A DNA stretch of 54,209 nucleotides, the filler included, from Cladosporium halotolerans (Eukaryota), in the NCBI RefSeq assembly GCF_011745625.1. It is 2 parts of 2 records of this genome, joined end to end, with 100 filler letters (N's around TTAATTAATTAA, not from the genome) between each part and the next. Parts side by side here need not be neighbours in the genome. Positions count along the whole stretch, not along the records: positions 27,404 to 54,209 come from NW_027191534.1; 1 more part is not named here. One strand, 5' to 3'. Positions 46,374 through 54,209 of this stretch are shown here, piece after piece. Every line of letters starts with the position of its first letter. The stretch's first letter is position 1. A program made the translations under genes and the position numbers. The notes beneath the pieces are model-generated. The model was not told the DNA's origin, did not search any database, and saw only the letters and a program-made list of their open reading frames with translations.

Positions 46374-49300
46374 ATTCTCATTCAGGCTATGCACGGAGAC
46401 CGTATGAGCCGTCCCTAATCGCTGCCTAACACTACAACGAACAACGCCTTGACACTCATGACCCGAGAGATTAGCCAACACCTCACCCGACCCTCATGTC
46501 CGAAGAACGAGACACCCTGCCAGTCTGGTAAAGAAAACGGATGGAAGCTTTGACGACCTTCAGATCCGGCTTCCAACTTTCGCGTGGGCCGTCCACGAAC
46601 TTGCCCGTCCTAACGTCCTTACGTCCACTCCATCCTCCCAACAAGTACGAATCGTCCCCCCACCTGTCTCCTGCTGCTTCCCGCAGCGCTTTGCGGGCTT
46701 CAGCATACAGATCGCAGCGCAGGGGCACGTGTAGCACTGTCTCATCGCCACGTCCGCACTCGCACGCCGGACTGTCTGCGAGCTTCTTCCTGGACAAACA
46801 GGCGTTCAGGACGCAGCGCCCCGTCGGAGCCTGCACCAAGATGGACGTCCCGTCGGACGACAACGTACCATAGAGAAGGAGCGTACCATAGAGATGGAGC
46901 GTGTGCTTGGCCGACCAGGCTTTGTCCCCCTACACGTGTAGTACTTCACGCAGACATCTTCCTCGTTCGCATGCAGACCCTTGGCCCGCTCTGCATTGAC
47001 CAAGCGCAGCACTCCCGACAGCTCGCACACCCTCTCGGCCGGGGCGGCTGTAGGTTCGCTGCCATTGTCGATAGCTGACCTTGCAGCCTGTTTTGCCTCA
47101 GCGACACCACGAATACCTTTGTCGGCAGGAACGAGAAAGATTGTCACTCGATGACCGACTCCCTCCATTCCGAGGACGGCATCTGCAATCTTGCGTACAA
47201 CTTCCCTCCCGCATCCCACCTTGTGCCCCTTCTCGATGGCTGATATCGCTTCTCTTCTTGTTGATGCCACGTAGACGTGTGCTGTCTTGCGTAGCGTGTC
47301 CCTTGCGTGTTCGGGAGCGTATAGTATGGCAGCCAGATCAGCGCTGACAAGTGAGCACGTCGAAGTCTCAGCGATCGCTTGTTCCTTGACCGTGCCAGTC
47401 GCCATCCGATACTTGATGATCGCTGCCGCACCGACCCGCCCATTCTGGATCTCTGCGGCTGCGTAATACAGGTAGGCACCCCGGAAGCGAAGAGAGCGAC
47501 ACAGCTGTACCGCTTCGTTGGGCTTGATGTACAGCACCGATCGCTCCAGGGTCTGCCATGGCGGCACCACCCACGAAGGTCGCTCGCTGATGCGCAAGCG
47601 CTTCTCCGGCTCCATTTGTGTTTCGTACCTCTCATAGACTGCCCTCGCGCCCTTGGTAGCAGCTGAGTCTGTAGCTTGCACGTGTTTTCTGCCGCGCTTG
47701 GCCCTAACACCCATGCGTTGTAGTCGTCGATGAAGCCAATGGAGCCCCCGCTCTTGTCGATGGGGCCCTGTACAAGGTTCGCGTTGTAATAAACATACAG
47801 TATCGGAGAGAGCGGCGATCCCTGAGAGATGCCTGCGTGCTCGATGTCCTGTACAGAAGACTCGTAGTCACCTACCACGACTGAGGCCTTCCGCCCGTTA
47901 CAGAAGCTTTCGATCCTTGCCACCAGGTCGCCCGGTATCCTTCTTTCACGTAGCCGTTTGGCAAGCACCGAAGGGTGCACGCCGTTGAAGGCGCCTTGCA
48001 CGCCGGACGACACGAGTGATAAAATCTTCTGGACCCGCCAGGCTTCGTGTATCTTCTCAACCAGCAAGTTGAGCGCCTGCTCTGCCGATCTGCTTGGCCG
48101 TCGACCAAAGTGGTTCTCCGGTAGCAGCCTGTACGTCTCGGCCAGGTATGACAGTCTTCTTGCAACGACTGCCTCGAGCCCTTTGCTGATCGTTCCCAAC
48201 AGTGATACGGGCCTATAGGCCTTGGGTTTCGAGTAGTCTGGCTTGTTCGGCTTGCGCAGGACGACAATCTTGGACGTGCGCCACCGTTGCGGTACGTACT
48301 TCAGGTCAAGCGAGGTCTGATACAGTCTCACGACCACATTGGCCAGCACCGGCCACAGTTCCTTCCAGACTCGAACTGTGATCTCGTCCATACCGGGTGC
48401 TTTGTCCGACTTCGACTGCATGATCGCAGCTTCGACCTCACCAAGCGGCAAACTAGGGAGCTTAATCCGCAGAGGCACTTTCTTGCCTGCATACTCATGT
48501 GGCCTTCTGCCCATCCTCGTGGCCAGATTCGGCTTTACCGAAGTGCTATCTCCGTCTACCGGTTTCGGAGGCACAGGGAAGAAAGAGCCAAGAAGGCTGG
48601 CCTTCTCCCTGTCATCCGTCACCTCTGTGTCACCCGCCTTCAACACAGGTATGCCGTGATTTGCACGACCGGCCTTCGTGTATGCGTAGGCCTTCCAGAT
48701 GTTGTCTCGGTCGTCCAAGAACGCCGCCCAGTGCTCCCGTTTGCATTGCTCGATCTTGTCCATGTACAGACGTCGGACTAGCTTGACACTGGTGGCAGCT
48801 TGCGCGACATCTCCACCCCTACGCTTGACCGTGGTCAATTGATTTCGTGCTGCGCTCAACGAAAGCCGCAGCGTCTTCAGCTCGTCGGTCCACCAGCGCT
48901 TGGCGTACGGCGACGGTCGCGCACGTGCGACATGCTTTTCCAGTACCCCGTTGACAGTTGCTTCCAACCTGTCCACGGCCACCTCCAACTCCTCCTCCGA
49001 CGATAATCCTTTTAGATTGGAGTCGTCCGCGATCCTTGTCGATACTTCCTCGCGTATCTTTTTCCAGTCCGCTTTGGCGTACATTCGCCTTCGTCGCTTC
49101 CCCTCGTACTCTGTCGTGTCCAGCACAAAGTGAGCTCGAATGGCTTTGTGATCCGATCCGTGATCAATTGGATGGACTCCACAGTACTCGCACGCCTCGC
49201 TCAAACCACTCGTTGCCAATAAAAGGTTGATCGTAAAACAGGTAGATCCATTGTAGTGCTCCCAGGTCACCGTACCCGACGGAAGCAAGCGAGGTGAGCG

Positions 49301-51428
49301 CATTCTCTTGCATGAAGTCGATGACGGGCTCAGCCTCGTCGGTGCGACCGGGCTCTCCGAACGCCTGAGCGCCACCCCACAGTCCATGGTGGCGGTTGAG
49401 GTCAGCACACAGCAGCATCTCGACTTGAGCTCCCTTTCCGCTGCTTAGGTTTAGGGGCTTTACCTCATCGTATGCATCTTTGATGGTCCGCAGCTTGGAT
49501 CGAAGCTGCTCTTCGTTCGCTGCTTGGCCATCAGTGGATTTCACATCATACGCGGACACAATCAATGCGACTCCGGGCTTTGTAGGAATCGTCACCGCCA
49601 CCACGTCGCTTGAGTGTGCAGCCACTTGCTGCGCCGCGTGCCTTTTGTTCACCCACATTGCAGCCCGGTAGGCATACCGCACTTCTCCTTCGTGTGTCAC
49701 GTCAGGTACAAACAATTGCCAGTTCCGCTCAACTGGAAACGCCGGCTCGCCAGTGTCCAGATCTTCATAAACGTATGGTTCAACTACCGAGAGAGCATCG
49801 AAATCTGCCAGGCTCTCGTCGCAGAACAAACTCCAGTGCGCCGTCTTTCGCTTGCCGATGTTCACGTGTAGTACCTTGAACACCCCTATCATGAGGAATT
49901 GCTGGGTATATTCGACGTGTTCAACGTGCTCGTGACCTGTAGCCCACCGCTGACACTCGAGGCATTAGTCGGGCTTATTCGTGCATTACTATCCAGATCG
50001 ATATCCATGGCAGCTCCGCGTTGGTCCTGCCTCGCCCTAGCCTTCTGTTGCCCAACATGCCGATAGTGCTGTGGGTGCAGCTTGCACGCCCAGTCGAACA
50101 CCGTGTGTGCGTCGCCGCACGCCGGGCACTTAGGGCTGTCTTTGTTCGTGCATTCGGCTCGACGGTGACCTTTCGAGCAGATAGCACATATGATATAGCT
50201 GGTGCACGACTCCTGCTTGTGTCCGTATCTGTTGCAGTGGTAGCACAGGCCGCTGTTGTCCCTGACGATGAACGGTGAGCAGAATGCGTCAGTCGCGCCG
50301 AACATGGCTGTGCCTATCCGCAGCAGATACTCTGCATCGGCTCTGTTCTTCAGCCAGACCACCATCGATCCTACCTTTTTCTTCGCATCGACTTTACTGA
50401 GCCAGGTGGCCTTCATCACCGTGCATTCCGCCGTCTCACAGCTGTTGTCCGCCTTGAAGTCCTTCGCGAAGTCCCTGTTTAGCGTCTTACCGTCGTTCAC
50501 ATCCCGGTCCAGTACACACTGCTTCACGACACTGTCAAACTTCACCGGGTACCACTGCTCACCTTTGACGCGCGCGCCAGCCAGGCTCGACGTCAGCCAG
50601 CGAGTGTGCTGCTTGGCCTTGTTGGCTTGTTCCTTGTCGGCGAACACCACGTCGATCCTGTCGCCCGGGCCAGGCCGCAGAGACTTGATCGTCAGTTTTT
50701 CTGTGACCTTATTGACCTTGAGTCCAGCACGGAGGCCGTCCCTGATGACATTGTAGTTTGTTTTTGATCCCTTGAACCTGCCCATATCTACAGACACTGC
50801 TCTGTCGTCCTGCACCTGTGGCTTTTCCTTGCGCATATGTGAGCTGTCTGCAGACGTAGACCTGGTCTGAGAACTCTGCAAACCCACGGACGTGCCACTG
50901 TTCGCAGTGACCTCGCTGTAGCTACTAGGCCTTGGGCTTTCTTGCAATAGTGCCTTCAATGCTTTGATCTCTTCGCCTTGTGCTTTGATGGTGTCCATCA
51001 TGGCCTGGTTGCTTTCCAGCAGTGCCTTGTTGCGGTCCAATATAGCCTTGTTGCTCTCCAGGAATGCCTTCTGGCTCTCCGCCGTCAGCTTGTCGTTGAC
51101 GCTGTCCTCGGCCTTTCTCTTGCGAGCCGCAGTCGAGGCGCCCTCGAAGCCGGGCGTAGCCTGCTGCGAGACCTCGCCTTCCTCCACCACACTCGACCTG
51201 ATCCTCATCGTCGTCCTTTTCGCTCCTCCCGCCTTCGCCTTCCCTCTCGTCACAACTTGCCACTCCGCACCCCCTCCGCCCTCCGACCCCGCATCAGCGG
51301 CGAAGCCGGCGGCGACAGCGGGCGTCGAGCTTCGAGCTCCAGCACCTTCCCCACATCCACCACCGCCTCCCCCAACATCGATAACATCGTTTTGAGGGTT
51401 AGGGTTTCAGTCATAGTCCCCCTTACAT
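46330..51428 (-). mobile_element. Family C LINE with both ends and a 13-bp TSD; ORF1 ~51414-49889, ORF2 49892-46483 frameshifted and internally deleted
   Basis: TSD TGGATCAATCAGA at 46317-46329 and 51429-51441; (ATC)n tail. Motifs CYHCNRYGH knuckle, HGSDH, QGSPLSP, FIDD and CECG...HVPLRC. Confidence 0.93.
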
Positions 51429-52511
51429 TGGATCAATCAGAAATTCCTGGCCAAGTTTCCCACCCGGCCAAGTTCCCCGCGATCTACGTTAACTGGCAAG
51501 TTCGTAGACTGCGCAGGCAATTAATGTCAAGTATGTGAGTAGCTGCTACGCAGTGAAACTAAGTGCGCTACAGAAGAGCGATGAGCCCACGTGGCAGTCT
51601 CGCAAAAAGTCATCACTCGATGACCCCTACCCATCGACAACGCCCGACATGGTTGACGTGACCGCCCACCACGCCGTCCAGCCGTCGGTAAAACTATGCA
51701 CGACACGACAAAGCCTGCGCGCGCCGCGCGCCAGCAAGCAACGCGCCCCAACCGCCATCGACGCGGCCGCCAACACCGACGACGCCGACTCAACATTATA
51801 GATGAGTAAGAGCTGGAACGAACACGCACAAAGTGCGGAGCAACAAATACACCGGTTCATGCCATAAGATGCGCTACATCGGACAAAACACCCAGCACGA
51901 GCGTCTGACGGCTCAAACAGCTGGAGACAGCAAGACAAGCGCAGCAGACGCCGCGCGTCAGCAGGAAATGAAAACAAGCTTCTTGTACCTCGCACGTGAG
52001 AGGGGAAGAGACGGACAGGAAAAAACAGCCCGGGTAGGTGCCTCAGCTTCGGCAGGCATTTCCCAGGAAGCAAGCAGGATGGACGCCTGCGAAGACCTAC
52101 TACACGCGTCCACGCCGCCGCAGGTGGAAACAGCTCGTGCTTACGAGCTGGCTAAGTGTAGGGGCAATGAGAGATGGCCGCCGTCGCCGCCTGACCGCCG
52201 CGACCGGTCGCGAAGTCCCAGGGGCAGGAGTACTACACGCCGCCCTGTGACTGCTCCATTACGCTACTCCCTTCGTCAAGAATGGAATCTCTCATTAAAG
52301 AAGGCCAAGAGGATACTGGATACGATAACCATCCGACGCGCTCCTGCTCTGCAGTCGCGCGCAGAACCCGCGCTGTAACGTTCTCCTCGCTGCAGCAATG
52401 TGGAAGCCCCAGGAGCGCGACAGGACACCTCTGAGCTTGAACTACTCTGGGAGCACGCCGGATCAACGAGAAAGACGTGACGAGGGGAATTGCAAGCCGT
52501 TTTTAAGGGAA

Positions 52512-53270
52512 CCTGTTAAGAGCTAACTGCGAATAGGGATACAGACCTTGTTAAGCCGCCCGCCGCGCACCCGCCCTACAGAACTGTTAAGCCCTCTTCT
52601 CGCGCCTCTGTTAAGGCCTCCCTGATACGACTATCGTATTCTGGCACGACTACCACTTGCGGACGAGGAAAGGGAGGGGTCACAGTCCAGCGCAGAAAAG
52701 AGATGTCACAGTCCACTGTAGGGAGGGCAGAGCGGAGGAGCACACAGGCCAGCTGTATACGAAGCGCAGGGAGTGTCACAGGCCAGTCCTAGGAAAAGGT
52801 GGACACAAGCTAGGTTAGTAGGGGATAGGTGCATAGGCTGCCCGTCGAGGAGTCTACAGGACCACCCCTGCAAGACACGGTCGGCCTACCGTGGGGAGAC
52901 CCTCGTAGGCAACGCGAAACGGATGTCGCAAGGCATTCGCGGGGCGTAGTGCGTAGCAGCCACTGCTGGCTCCGGGGACCTCACCCCTTCGATGGGCTCT
53001 GACCCTCGGTGTACCTGAGAGCAGGCGGGATCAAACCCCGGCCGGAGAGACTGCTACGTGGCTCGAGAGAACGGATGCGCGTGTCGGTACACAAACAGAC
53101 AGGACGGTTCGCCAGGACGGAACGCTGGTGATGTGTGCTTATGGAGCAAACAACGAGTTACTTGGGCTGCGTGAGGTTTTGCCTGGGCCTCAACTAGTGG
53201 AAGCCTAAACGGAATTGGCTGAAAACCAAGGCAGGGCCCAGTAGACAATGGGGCACGCCGCACCTGCTTA
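52512..53270 (+). other. Highly structured non-coding element of unknown class (putative RNA)
   Basis: Nested complementary segments at 52512-52623 and 52671-52782. GAGA and GCAA tetraloop hairpins; long-range pairs CGTAGCAG/CTGCTACG and AGGTGC/GCACCT. Confidence 0.65.
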
Positions 53271-53295
53271 GATATACAAGAATCTAATAACTGTT

Positions 53296-54209
53296 GCACG
53301 AAGCTGCAAGGTGCGCGAACTGTGGAGGCCAGCATATGGCCACCTCTCGTCGATGCCCCGAAAGGATGCAGCGAGCCCGGAAGCACAAGGAGAAGCCAAG
53401 CGCCGAGATACGAAGCAGTCCCCCCACGACCTTGGAAGACCAGACACCGATCGCAAGGCAGGAAGCCGACGTAGAACACATGGACGAGGATGTAGCTACA
53501 CCTCAGGCGGGAGAAATTGTTGCCACTCAACCGCCAGCAGTGACACTGGGAATGGAAGGGATGCGGTCGAGCTCATCGTGGTCTGACTCAACGTCGAACC
53601 CAGACATTGACAATGAACCGGCAAGTCCGACTCCAAGAGGTAGAGAAAAGACTCCGATGTCAAATGATCATGATAGTGCTGCAACATAACTGCAACGGCA
53701 CATTAGTGCCAATGATGGCGGCTCTCGAGGCCGCCCTCGAGCGAAAAGCCGAAGTGGTGTGCTTGCAAGAGCCCTACGTCGGGAGAAAGAACGTCGTCAG
53801 CCACCCGGGCTTTCAGATTAGATGGCCAGAATGTGAAAAGAGGGAGACGAGAGTTGCGCTTGCCATCAGCAACGATGTGCTGGACCGGTACGTGTTCGAG
53901 GAGAGGACGGACCTGGTCAGTAGCCCATATGTGCAATGCTTGGATGTGTGGGAGACCCAGCGGCGGAGAAAGGTACGCCGCACAAGACTGGTTAACATAT
54001 ACAACCGGGCGAGGATGGCAGGCGGTGGTTACGCAATGGATCGTCTGAACCTGTCGCAGCTCATAGAGGGACGAGTCATCCTCGCCGGGGACTTCAACGC
54101 GCGTAGCCCGGCTTGGGACCCGTGGGTGGCGAGGCGGTGCAACGCCGGCACGACAGAGAAACTCATCGAGGAACACGGACTGATCGTCAACAACAACGAC
54201 CAGCCAACG
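53296..54209 (+). mobile_element. Family D LINE: end of ORF1 (to 53689) and start of ORF2 endonuclease (from 53664, runs off the window)
   Basis: RCANCGGQH...CP; MIVLQHNC, VCLQEPY, NIYN and LAGDFNA. Confidence 0.88.

Noticed and set aside
46148..46481. Poly-Asp and poly-His ORFs
   Set aside because: They are translations of the LINE (ATC)n tail.
51395..51407. Telomere-like AGGGTTAGGGTT
   Set aside because: It encodes NPNP at the frameshifted start of LINE ORF1 on the minus strand.
52514..52786. Repeat-spacer pattern resembling a CRISPR array
   Set aside because: The repeats are only 7-12 nt, the context is eukaryotic with no cas genes, and the spacers pair with each other as a hairpin.
53065..53112. 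Resemblance to group II intron domain V (GAACGGATGCG...ACGGTTC)
   Set aside because: No AGC/CGC triad in a proper 34-nt hairpin, and the pairing is poor.

Overview
Genomic DNA of a filamentous ascomycete, judged from GT-AG introns, a Zn2Cys6 gene, Tad-type LINEs and an RIP-mutated island. It is a transposon-dense, accessory-type region. The main signal is a compact cluster of reduced-sulfur oxidation genes at about 10.1-25.2 kb. It holds a DUF202 membrane protein, a secreted ascorbate-oxidase-type multicopper oxidase, a DUF1275 fragment, a sulfide:quinone oxidoreductase (frameshifted and 3'-truncated), two persulfide dioxygenases (one degenerate, one apparently intact), a Zn2Cys6 factor with a very long polyQ tract, a relic YeeE/YedE sulfur transporter and a heme-less sulfite oxidase. 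An RIP-destroyed island next to it hides a third persulfide dioxygenase and a second DUF202 gene. Together these genes cover sulfide -> persulfide -> sulfite -> sulfate and resemble bacterial sqr-pdo-transporter operons; the cluster is partly decayed. The rest of the window has several LINEs (one full-length with a 13-bp TSD), hAT and Fot1/pogo elements, a solo LTR, an alpha-arrestin, an SDR and pseudogene fragments. At 52.5-53.3 kb there is a non-coding stretch that folds into a rod with four repeated internal-loop modules, followed by a tetraloop-rich domain. All family assignments come from motif recognition by eye; no database searches were run.
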